From assembly GCA_030390025.1 (NCBI GenBank), contig CM059432.1:105464001-105528000 (forward strand): DNA of 64,000 bases, read 5' to 3'. The translations under genes were made by a program, and so were the position numbers. Position 1 is the stretch's first letter. Each line of letters opens with the position of its first letter. Source of the stretch: Squalus acanthias (lineage: Eukaryota). This document shows positions 12,025 through 23,175 of the stretch, piece after piece. The notes under the pieces were generated by a model. It was not told the origin of the DNA. It saw nothing but the letters and a program-made list of their open reading frames with translations, and ran no database searches.

Positions 12025-12836
12025 CATCAACACAGATTCCATCATCACACGTGAGGACACCACCCACCAGGTACATGGTACATACTCATGTGACTCGGCC
12101 AACGTTGTCTACCTCATACGTTGCAGGAAAGGATGCATGGTACATCGGCGAGACCATGCAGACACTGCGACAACGTATGAATGGACACCGCGCAACAATC
12201 GCCAGGCAGGATTGTTCCCTCCCAGCCGGGGAACACTTCAGCAGTCAAGGACATTCAGCCTCCGATCTTCGGGTAAGCGTTCTCTAAGGCGGCCTTCGAG
12301 ACACATGACAACGCAAAATCGTCGAGCAGAAACTGATAGCCAAGTTCCACACCCATGAGGACGGCCTCAACCGGGATCTTGGGTTCATGTCACGCTACAT
12401 GTAACCCCACCTGACGTAGAGTCATCCAGACTCGAGTCGTCGTTGGCTTGTTCTCTCTACACAGATGCGGCCGGACCTGCTGTGATTTCCAGCAAAAAAA
12501 GTTTTTTGTTTTCCATACAGACCCCAGCATCTGCCACATTGTCTTTGATGTAATGTTTTCCTGACTGACCTGTTTGGACACCATCCACACCTTTGATTGC
12601 CATGATTATCTCTCTGCCGAGTTGTGATAAAGGGCAGTTAGAAATATTAACTGTAATCATCTGGCAGTGTTCTCTGACTATATATGCTGTGCCTATATGC
12701 ATCTCTTCACTTCACCTGACGAAGGAGCAGCGCTCCGAAAGCTTGTGATTTCAAATAAAGCTGTTGGACTATAACCTGGTGTTGTGCGACTTCTCACATT
12801 TGTCCACCCCAGTCCAACACCGGCATCTCCACATCA
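12025..12836 (+). mobile_element. Penelope-like element 3' fragment (GIY-YIG endonuclease plus terminal region)
   Basis: YSCDSANVVYLIRC..WYIGETMQTLRQRMNGHR. 11-bp TSD TTGATAGTAAT at 12014-12024 and 12837-12847. Confidence 0.88.
12712..12748 (+). ncRNA. Minimal type I hammerhead ribozyme (Penelope-associated)
   Basis: TCAC-CTGACGA-A-GGAGC-agc-GCTCC-GAAA-GC-TT-GTGA: conserved core, stem II, palindromic stem III (AAGCTT), stem I TCAC/GTGA. Confidence 0.8.
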
Positions 12837-13517
12837 TTGATAGTAATGGTAGAGTGAGGGGTATGCCAGGCTATGAGGTTACAGATTGTGGTGGAATACA
12901 ATTCTGCTGCTGCTGCTGATGGCCCACAGCGCCTCATGGATGTCCAGTTTTGAGCTGCTGGATCTGTTCTGAATCTATCCCATTTAGCACGGTGGTAGCG
13001 CCACACAACACGATGGAGAGTGTCCTCAGTGTAAAGATGGGATTTTGACTCCACAAGTACTGTGCGGCGGTCACTCCTACCAACACTGTCATGGACAGAT
13101 GCATCTGTGGCAGGTAGATTGGTGAGGACAAGGTCAAGTAGTTTTTTTCCCCTCGTGTTTGTTCTCTCACCATCTGCCACAGGCCCAGTCTGGGAACTAT
13201 GTCCTCAGGACTTGGCCAGCTCGGTCAGTAGTGGTGCTACCGAGCCACTTTTGGTGATGAACATTGAAGTCCCCTACCCAGAGTACATTCTGTGCCCTTG
13301 CTACCCTCAGTGCTTCTTCCAAGTGGTGTTCAACATAGAGGAGTAGTGATTCATGAGCTGAGGGAGGGCGGTTGGTGGTAATCAGCAGGAGGTTTCCTTG
13401 CCCATGTTTGACCTGATGCCATGAGACTTCATGGGTTCCGAAGTCAATGTTGAGGACTCCCAGGGCCACTCCATCCCGACTCTATACCACTGTGCCGCCA
13501 CCTCTGGTGGGTCTGTC

Positions 13518-13943
13518 ATAGAAACATAGAATCGAGGAGCAGGAGTAGGCCATTCGGCCCGTCGAGCCTGCTCCGCCATTCAATACGATCATGGCTGATC
13601 ATCCAAATCCAGTACCCTGTCCCTGCTTTAATCCCCACAGTACACATATCCCACCCTACCCCCGTAACCCCACGTATTTAATTCCCCCTAACATATCCCA
13701 TCCTATCCCCATAACCCCACATATTTAATCCCCCCTAACACTAAGGGTCAATTTATCATAGCCAAATCAACCTAACCCACACATTTTTGGACTGTGGGAG
13801 GAAACCGGAGCACCCGGAGGAAACCCACGCAGACACGGGGAGAATGTGCAAACTCCACACAGACAGTCACCCGAGGTCAGATTCGAACCCGGGTCTCTGG
13901 CGCTGTGAGGCACCAGTGCTAACCACTATGCCACCGTGTTGCC
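13518..13943 (-). mobile_element. Full-length tRNA-derived V-SINE (HE1-like)
   Basis: A box TGGCATAGTGG, B box GGTTCGAATC, V-domain GTGGAGTTTGCACATTCTCCCCGTGTCTGCGTGGGTTTCCTCCGGG, CR1-like tail. Confidence 0.9.
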
Positions 13944-15105
13944 TGCCGGTGGGACAGGACATACCCAGGGATGGTGATGGAGGAGTCTGGGACATTGGCT
14001 GAAAGGTATGATTCTGTGAGTATGACTATGTCAGGCTGTTGCTTGACTAGTCTGTGGGGCAGCTCTCCCAATTTTGGCACAAGTGCCCAGATGTTAGTGA
14101 GGAGGACTTTGCAGGGTCGACTGGATTGGGTCTGCCTTTGTCGGGTCCGGTGCCTAGGTCAATGCCGGGAGGTCTGTCCGGTTTTATTCTTTGTATACTT
14201 CTCTACAGTGGTTTTGGTACAACTGTGTGGCTTGCTAGGCCATTTCAGAGGGCAGTTAAGAGTCAACCACATTGCTGTGGGTCTAAGGATGGCAGATTTC
14301 CTTCCCTAAAGGACTCGAGTGAACCAGATGGGTTTTTACTGCAATCTGGCAGTCTCATGATCACCATTACTGATACTAGCTTTTTATTCCAGATTTATTT
14401 AATTAACTGAATTTAAATTCCGCAGTTGCCACGGTGGGATTACCGTGCCACGAGTACGCATTGCATGCTCACTTCCTCTTTTTCCATGGAAGACACGCCA
14501 CACAGGATTTGATGCTTTCCGGTCCCCATAGAGATATGGGGTAAGGACAATATTTTCCCTTACGGCATTCTTGGTCGCAATACAAGGTGCAGGACACGTA
14601 TGCAGTAAGTCACCATAACACCTTTCACTTGCTACTTGCTCCAACTCAGTACAGCCACCACAAAGCCCAGGCTATCCACTTTCTAAGGTAGTGGTCCTGT
14701 GAGTGAGCTTTGTATGCATAGGGGCACTGTATTGGGTAATGAGATCCTCTTATATCCTTCATTGTGTTCTGCTTGCAGGCCAAGGCTGTGCATAACCACC
14801 AGTAGAATACCATAACTGGTGCGGCTTGGCACCCAACAAGGCCCCACATAAGGAGGTGTCCTTTGCTCTATTCATCAGGGAAACTGTAGAAGACATTGGC
14901 AAAGCTGAGTTTGGAGGTCAAGTGCTACCACCCAGCAAGTATCCTTCTTGGACTTCTCCCCCACATCCTCCCTGGGCTATACATGCTGAGCAGCTATATC
15001 ACACACAAAATGTATCATGATCTGACCTGTGTTTCAAAGCATTTTCTTGAAGATATATTGAAAATGGCTCTTCCCTTCTCTTACTGTAGGTTCTTCCAGC
15101 AGAAT

Positions 15106-15367
15106 GAACATAAGAACATAAGAAATAGGAGCAGGAGTAGGCCATTTGGCCCTTCAAGCCTGCTTCGCCATTCAATAAGATCATGGCTGATCTTCTACCT
15201 CATCTCCACTTTCCTGCACTATCCTCATATCCCTGGATTCCCTTAATATTCAAAAACCTATTGATCTCTGTCTTGAATATACTCAATGACTGAGCCTCCA
15301 CAGCCCTCTGGGTATAGAATTCCAAAGATTCACCACCCTCTGAGTGAAGAAATTTCTCCTCATCTCA
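15106..15367 (-). mobile_element. CR1 3' end fragment
   Basis: CATAAGAA-repeat tail, 3' UTR hairpin and RNFFTQRVVNLWN. Confidence 0.85.
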
Positions 15368-15913
15368 TAGCAACATGGTCTCCCACACAGCCCAGCAGAT
15401 TGCATCAAGAATTTCCCCTGTACTCAGTATCAGCCCAGCTAGTAGTGCCTCGGAGGGAGAATTAATGAGTTTGAGAAAGGGAACCAGCTGAGACACTTTC
15501 ACAAATGAGGAGGAGCAAGTGGTAGGGTCAGGAAAAGACAATGACAAATCAAAGCAGTCTGTAAAGCTATGCTACGTCATCATGACATGGGCATGGGATT
15601 GATATCCTACTGGGTTGGTCTTCAGATGTGAGCTGATACAAGAGCACAGGCAATAGTTTCAACTTTCATGTCCAGCATGCAGCACTTGCCCAAAGTTCAG
15701 GGTGCAATAGACAGTACGCAGACAGCACTGCAAACTCCTCTAGCCAACACTTTGAGCTTTCTAAGCAGAAAGGGGTACCATTTGTTTACTGTTAAGATAG
15801 CTTCAAATTCTACATGTGGATGCCAAACTTGCAGGCAGTTGTCATGATGCCTTTGTGCTCAGGAATTCTTACATCCCTGATCTATTCAAGTAAGAGAATC
15901 AAGTGTCCAGATG

Positions 15914-18900
15914 ACATAAGAACATAAGAACATAAGAAATAGGAGCAGGAGTAGGCCAATCGGCCCCTCGAGCCTGCTCCGCCATTCAATAAGATCATGG
16001 CTGATCTGATCCTAACCTCATATCTAAAGAACACAAGAAGTAGGAGCAGGACCCGGCCATTCAGCCCCTGGGCCCACTCCGCCACCCACAGGGCCTTGAC
16101 CGATCTGAACTCAGCCTCATGTCCAATTTCCTGCCCGCTCCCCGTAACCCCTAATTCCCTTTACTTCTAGGAAACTGTCTATTTCTGTTTTAAATTTATT
16201 TAATGATGTAGCTTCCACAGCTTCCTGAGGCAGCAAATTCCACAGACCTACTACCCTCTGAGTGAAGAAGTTTCTCCTCATCTCAGTTTTGAAAGAGCAG
16301 CCCCTTATTCTAAGATTATGTCCCCTAGTTCTAGTTTCACCCATCCTTGGGAACATCCTTACCGCATCCACCCGATCAAGCCCCTTCACAATCTTATATA
16401 TTTCAATAAGATCGCCTCTCATTCTTGTGAACTCCAATGAGTAGAGTCCCAATCTACTCAACCTCTCCTCATACATCCACCCCCTCATCCCCGGGATTAA
16501 CCGAGTGAACCTTCTTTGTACTGCCTCGAGAGCAAGTATATCTTTTCTTAAGTATGGACACCAAAACTGTATGCAGTATTCCAGGTGCGGTCCCACCAAT
16601 ACCTTATATAACTGCAGCAATACCTCCCTGTTTTTATAATCTATCCCCCTAGCAATAAAAGCCAACATTCCGTTGGCCTTCTTGATCACCTGCTGCACCT
16701 GCATACTAACTTTTTGATTTTCTTGCACCAAGACCCCCAGATCCCTTTGTACTGTACTATTTTCCAGTTTCTCGCCATTAAGATAATTACTTGCTCTCTG
16801 ATTTTTCCTGCCAAAGTGCATAACCTCACATTTTCCAATATTGTATTGCATCTGCCAAATCTCCGCCCACTCACCCAGCCTGTCTATTTCCCCTTGTAGG
16901 TTTTTTATGTCCTCCTCACTTTCTACTTTCCCTCCCATCTTTGTATCATTTGCAAACTTTGATATGTTACACTCGGTCCCCTCCTCCAAATCGTTAATAT
17001 AGATTGTAAAGAGTTGGGGACCCAGCACCGACCCCTGCGGAACACCACTGGCTACTGGTTGCCAGTCCGAGAATGAACCATTTATCCCAACTCTCTGCTT
17101 CCTGTTAGATAACCAATCCTCCACCCATGCCAGAATATTACCCCCAATCCAGTGATTTTTTATCTTGAGCAATAATCTTTTATGTGGCACCTTGTCGAAT
17201 GCCTTCTGGAAGTCTAAATACACTACGTCCACTGGTTCCCCTTTATCCACCCTGTACGTTATGTCCTCAAAGAACTCAAGCAAATTTGTCAGACATGACT
17301 TCCCCTTTATAAAGCCATGCTGACTTTGTCCTATTAAATTATGTTTATCTAAATGTTCCGTTACTGTCTCCTTAATAATAGACTCCAAAATTTTACCCAC
17401 CACAGATGTTAGGCTAACTGGTCTATAATTTCCAGCCTTCTGCCTACTACCCTTTTTAAATAAGGGTGTTACATTAGCAGTTTCCAATCTGCTGGGACCT
17501 TTGCTGAGTCCAGGGAATTTTGGAAAATTATTACCAAAGCATCCACAATCCCTACTGCCACTTCCCTCAAGACCCTAGGATGTAAGCCATCAGGTCCAGG
17601 GGATTTATCCGCCTTGAGTCCCATTATTTTACTGAGTACCAATCCCTTAGTGATTTTAATCGTATTTAGCTCCTCCCCCACTAGAGCCCCCTGTTTGTCC
17701 AGTGTTGGGATATTCTTAGTGTCCTCTATCGTAAAGACTGAAACAAAATATTTGTTCAGCATTTTTGCCATCTCCATGTTTCCCACCATTAATTTTCTGG
17801 TCTCATCCTCTAAGGGACCTACGTTTGCCTTAACCACCCTTTTTCTTTTTATATAACTATAGAAACTCTTGCTATCTGTTTTTATATTTTTTGCTAATTT
17901 ATTTTCATAATCTATCTTCCCTTTCTTAATCAATCCTTTAGTTACTTTTTGCTGTCTTTTGAAGACTTCCCAATCTTCTATCCTCCCACTAAGTTTGGCT
18001 ACCTTATATGTCCTTGTTTTTAGTCGGATACTATCCTTAATTTCTTTACTTAGCCACGGATGGCTGTCATTTCTTTTACACCCTTTTTTCCTCAGTGGAA
18101 TATATTTTTTTTGAAAGTTGTAAAATAACTCCTTAAATGAACACCACTGCTCATGTACCGTCTTACCCTTTCATCTATTTTCCCAGTCCACTTTAATCAA
18201 TTCCGCTCTCATACCATCATAGTCTCCTTTATTCAAGCTCAGTATACTTGTTTGAGAACCAACCTTCTCACCCTCTAATTGGATATGGAATTCAACCATG
18301 TTATGGTCACTCATTCCAAGGGGATCCTTAACTAGGACATTATTAATTAATCCTGACTCATTACACAGGAGCAGGTCCAAGGTCGCTTGCCCCCTTGTAG
18401 GATCAGTTACATACTGCTCAAGAAATCCATCGCTAATACACTCAATAAACTCTTCCTCAAGGCTGCCCTGCCCAATTTGATTTGTCCAGTTAATATGATA
18501 GTTAAAATCCTCCATAATTATAGCTGTTCCCAACTATTTCCTGATTCATACTTCTTCCAGCAGAGTTGCAACTATTAGGAGGCCTATATACTACTCCCAC
18601 TAGTGTTTTTTTCCCCTTATTATTCCTTATCTCCACCCAAACTGTTTCATTATCCTGATCCTTTGACCCATATCATTTCTCTGTATTACAGTGATTCCTT
18701 CCTTTATTAACATAGCCACCCCACCTCCCCTTCCTTCCTGCCTGTCCTTCCTGATTGTTAAATACCCTGGCATACTTAATTCCCAGTCGTTGTCACCCTG
18801 CAGCCATGTTTCTGTAATGGCCACAAGATCATACCCATACGTAGTTATTTGTGCTGTTAACTCGTCCATTTTGTTACGAATGCTACGTGCATTCAGATAA

Positions 18901-20100
18901 AGAACTTTCAAATATGTTTTGTGACACTTAGTTCCTGCTTTTTCCTTTTTTAACACTTTACCTTTTACTCCATACCTTCTGTCCCTTCCTGACACGCTTT
19001 CCTCTGTCTCCCTGCTCAGGTGCCCAACCCCCTGCCACTTTAGTTTAAACCCTCCCCAACAGCACTAGCAAACACTCCCCATAGGACAGCGGTCCCAGCC
19101 CTGCCCAGGTGCAGACCGTCCCGTTTGTACTGGTCCCACCTCCCCCAGAACCGGTTCCAATGTCCCAGGAATTTGAATCCCTCCCCCTTTCACCATTCCT
19201 CTAGCCACGTATTCATTTGAAATATCCTTCTATTTCTACTCTGACTAGCACATGGTACTGGTAGCAATCCTGAGATTACTACCTTTGAGGTCCTATTTTT
19301 TAATTTACCTCCTAACTCCCTATATTCTGCTTTTAGGACCTCATCCCCTTTTTTACCTATATCGTTGGTGCCTATGTGCACCACGACAACTGGCTGTTCG
19401 CCCTCCCCCTCCAAAATGTTCTGTAGCCGCTCCGAGACGTCCTTGACCCTTGCACCAGGGAGACAACACACCATCCTGGAGTCTCGGTTGCGGCCGCAGA
19501 AACGCCTACCTATTCCCCTTACAATTGAGTCCCCTATCACTATAGCTCTTCCACTCTTTTTCCTCCCAGCCTGTGCAGCAGAGCCACCCATGGTGCCAGG
19601 AAGTTGGCTGCTGCTGCCTTCCCCTGATAAGTCATCCCCCCCAACAGTATCCAAAGTGGTATATCTGTTTGAGAGGGGGATGTCCACAGGGGGCCCCTGC
19701 ACTACCTGCCTGTACCTCTTACTCTGCCTGGTGGTCACCCATTTACTTCCTGCCTGTACACCCTTTGCCTGCGGTGTGACCAACTCGCTAAACGTGCTAT
19801 CCACGAGGTTCTCAGCATCGCGAATGCTCCAATATGCATCCATCCGCAGCTCCAGCGCCGCAATGCGGTCTGTCAGTAGCTGCAGCTGGATACACCTCCC
19901 GCACACATGGTTGTCAGGGACACCGGAAGGGTCCCTGATTTCCCACATCGAACAGGAGGAGCATAACACGGGGCTGGGCTGTCCTGTCATGACTTACCCT
20001 TTAATTAATTGAACTTAAATTAAATCAAATCAATACCACCAATTACACTCAATTAAATGATATACTCAAGGGCCCTTGGTTACTAGCACTAGAAACTATA
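15914..20100 (-). mobile_element. Near full-length CR1 LINE (ORF1 zinc finger + SGNH esterase; ORF2 EN-RT with frameshifts)
   Basis: ORF1 19190-19990 (CSSCSMWE, VIGDSIVR, HIGTND), EN 18171-18995, RT 16117-17487 with FADD mutated to FAND. 5' boundary approximate. Confidence 0.93.
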
Positions 20101-20184
20101 TCCACAAAATTAAGACCTTCTAAACTTTATAAACTATGAACCTTAACTGTGAAACTATAGAGTAGTATTGACTTTTGAGCAATA

Positions 20185-20420
20185 AAGCTATTCCTATCTT
20201 CCATGGCTCATGACCCTCTGCGAATGGCAAGAACAGAAACTGAGGAGTGTTACAAAGAGGCCCATTCCTCAGCTTGAGTGGCGATAGAGAGAACGATAAA
20301 AGTTCTGAAGGGTAGATTTTGCTGCCTGGACAGTCAGGAGGGGCACTGCAATATGCTTCTGAACATGTCTTCTACATTGTGGCAGGTTGCTGTGCTCTTC
20401 ACAGCTTTTCCACACAGAAA
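20185..20420 (+). pseudogene. PIF/Harbinger (HARBI1-like) transposase remnant
   Basis: WLMT motif and IERTIKVLKGRFCCLD. Confidence 0.65.
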
Positions 20421-20871
20421 GGCCTGGACATGGAGTTCCCTGGAGAGGTGGCAAAGGAGCACATGAGGACCATCAATTAAAAGATTCTTCTACATTCCTA
20501 CTGCTCCTAGCCCACACAGAAAGCATTAAAAAATTAAATTCACCTTTCTTGCTGGGCCTCTTCTGCACCAAACTCCTACTTGCTGCCACGTATCAATGGC
20601 GAGTCCAGCACTGTGTGCGAATTCTGTGATCGGGAATTAAAATCGCGTTGGGGTCCTAATTGTGTCATAGGACCCTAACTTTTACACATTAAGGAGACCT
20701 CTTCTGAGACCAAAACTCTATGATGAAAACATCAGCATGTAGAAGTGGATGGGGAACGAGGAGGGAAGTACACGACCTCCATTTTGACCACCCACCCGCC
20801 AACCTCATTCCCATCGGGTGGGCAAAATTAAAATTGTGCCTCAACCAGAATGCAGGGCTCTGTTTAACCTG

Positions 20872-21223
20872 CTTCCTACTCCCTCTAGTACTGCCCACAC
20901 TGCCACATGCACCAACTGGTCCTGGGCCACTTCCTACTCCCTCTAGTACTGCCAACACTGCCACATGCACCAACTGGTCCTGGGCCACTTCCTACTCCCT
21001 CTAGTACTGCCCACACTGCCACATGCACCAACTGGTCCTGGGCCACTTCCTACTCCCTCTAGTACTGCCAACACTGCCACATGCACCAACTGGTCCTGGG
21101 CCACTTCCTACTCCCTCTAGTACTGCCAACACTGCCACATGCACCAACTGGTCCTGGGCCACTTCCTACTCCCTCTAGTACTGCCCACACTGCCACATGC
21201 ACCAACTGGTCCTGGGCCACTTC
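20872..21223. repeat. Minisatellite, 6 x 58 bp
   Basis: Unit CTTCCTACTCCCTCTAGTACTGCC(C/A)ACACTGCCACATGCACCAACTGGTCCTGGGCCA starts at 20872, 20930, 20988, 21046, 21104 and 21162. Confidence 0.97.
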
Positions 21224-21661
21224 TGAGGTTGGGGACTGTCACTGACTCCAATGAAACTGGCATACAATGCATTGATGCCTGCAATGACGAAAATGCCTCC
21301 TTGCTGTTACGACAAAAGAGGGCTGTAGACTCTAGAGTTGCACATCCACCAAGCAAACCCTTGCAAACAGTAGTTTCTGTGCATACAACTTTCATTTCAT
21401 AGCTGCATTAGTGGATGGTTGGAACAGGTTAAATGCCTACCTTCTTGGGCAGTAATGGTTGTATTGTGAATGTAGACCCAGAGAAGAACAAATTAAAAAT
21501 TGCGTCCAACTGCGAACAAAATTGGTGGTACTCGCCTGTTGGCGCTGTTTCTCCGGGGTTCCCTACAATCGTCAACTAAAGCTATGGTGAGAGATCGGGG
21601 AACCTCCGCCGAAATTCTACCCCAATAGTTTTCGTCTGTTCGCTGTTATTACCCCTTTGAA

Positions 21662-21728
21662 ACTGACCGCAACTTCAGGATGTAGCGCATGTGCATCTAA
21701 ACGCGGAAATCCTGAAGTTGCGGTCAGT
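21662..21728. repeat. Perfect 20-bp inverted repeat within a MITE-like element
   Basis: ACTGACCGCAACTTCAGGAT ... ATCCTGAAGTTGCGGTCAGT. Confidence 0.8.
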
Positions 21729-22771
21729 CATTCATTGCTCCGACACTGGCTGCCAAGCTTTCTTTTGTTGTCTCTAGCATTTTTAAAAAATTGGAATTTT
21801 AAGAGCTTACTCACTATCTGGTTCTCTGTCTGTGAGAATTCTGTATTTTGATTGGCTGCTTAGACCGCTTGTCACAGCAGCTCTTTGCTGGGATCCCCAT
21901 TATCTTGTGTTGATTTCAACTGCACGTTGGAAAAGCCGAACTCGCCACAGAGATCGTGAGATCTTTGAGGGGAGCTTACTTTACAGCCAGCAGTGAATGC
22001 CTTTGCTTCGTCGCTGACCGCAAATTACTGGTCATTATACAGTACAAATTTTAATAATCTACACTTGCAAGGCATTTCCAATATCACATGATCAGCTGAA
22101 TCACATGGTCCGTCAACTTTATGAATGGAGAAACAGGCCAAGTGAAAATCCTGAAGTTGAAGGCTTTACACATACCCATACTCATTGTGTAGAGTTCTGA
22201 CATGTGAAACAAAACTCGTTTTGGAACCGCCTAATTTCAATTCCTTTTCCAAATTTTCGAATTTAGATTGAGTTACATATTGTTCTAAAATAGTCATAAG
22301 TTTCTGTGTAAGACTTTCATTTTCAGTTATATTTTTAAGCCTTTTGCTTTGTGTTAGGCTCTGTATGTGTTTGTGAAGTATTGGGAGGTCCCAATTTCTT
22401 CATAAGATCTCCAAACATCTGGTGAGTATAAATAGGAAAAGTAACCTCTCATTTTCATAATCTAATGGACAGAAGTAAGACTGTTATTATTTTCTATCAG
22501 GGAGCATAAACTTCTAATGAAGTGTCTGTGTTGTTTCAAATTGAATTGTTCCCAATTTAATTTAATTGGTTTGCAATTAGTAAGGAAATGTTTACTTGTT
22601 ATATTGGGTTATTATCTACTGTAGAAAACTGCAGTTGGCAGTGAGGTAATCTCTGATTAATGAACATGTCTGTCTTGTGCAAGGCCGACAGGGGACACAG
22701 TAGGATAAGTCTATCAATCTCAGCATCATGGAAATACTCAGAGTGACACTTGTGATCAGCAAGAGTGATAC

Positions 22772-23175
22772 AGAAAGAAAGAAAGCATTGCATTTATATA
22801 GCGTCTTTCACGACCTCAGGATATCCCAAAATGCTTTACAGCAAATGAAGTGCAGTCACTGCTATCATGTAGGAAACATGGCAGCCAGTTTGCAAGGTCC
22901 CACAAACAGCAATGTGATAATGACCAAATAATCTGTTTTTTTAATCAAGTTGGTTGAGGGATAAATATTGGCAAAGACACTGGGGAGAACTCCCCTGCTC
23001 TTCTTCAAATAGTGCCCATGGGATCTTTTATGTCCATATGAGAGAGCAGACGGGGCCTTGGTTTGACATCTCATCCGAAAGACAGCACCTCCAACAATGC
23101 AGCACTCCCTCAGCACGCAATGAAGTATCTACTTAGATTATGTGCTCAAATCTTGGGAGAGGGGCTTGAGAGTGG
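22772..23175 (-). mobile_element. DeuSINE (SacSINE1/AmnSINE-like)
   Basis: Deu-domain-like core (..TTTCGGATGAGA..AAAGATCCCATGG.CACTATTTGAAGAAGAGCAGGGGAGTTCTCC) and TTTC-repeat tail. Four more copies in the window. Confidence 0.75.

Larger units (their letters stand above)
1497..14449 (-). mobile_element. Near full-length CR1/L2-group non-LTR retrotransposon (family A; EN+RT, degenerate), host to several nested insertions
   Basis: Minus-strand fragments give APE endonuclease motifs (WVGDFNVHH, LLDLVLTN), RT motifs (NYRPISLLS, ALDIKAAFD, GMFADD near 11045) and the C-terminus (1557-2207). T-rich tail near 1497. Interrupted at 2226-10602, 10731-11010, 12025-12836 and 13518-13943. Confidence 0.9.

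Noticed and set aside
13860..13943. tRNA gene
   Set aside because: The A/B boxes belong to a SINE head that continues into a V-domain and LINE tail; the same applies to 30160-30248.
14450..15900. Possible L1/Tx1-like LINE remnant
   Set aside because: Only vague Cys/His patterns; no motif I can defend without a search.
20872..21223. Possible CRISPR array
   Set aside because: Head-to-tail identical units with no spacers, no cas genes, vertebrate context.
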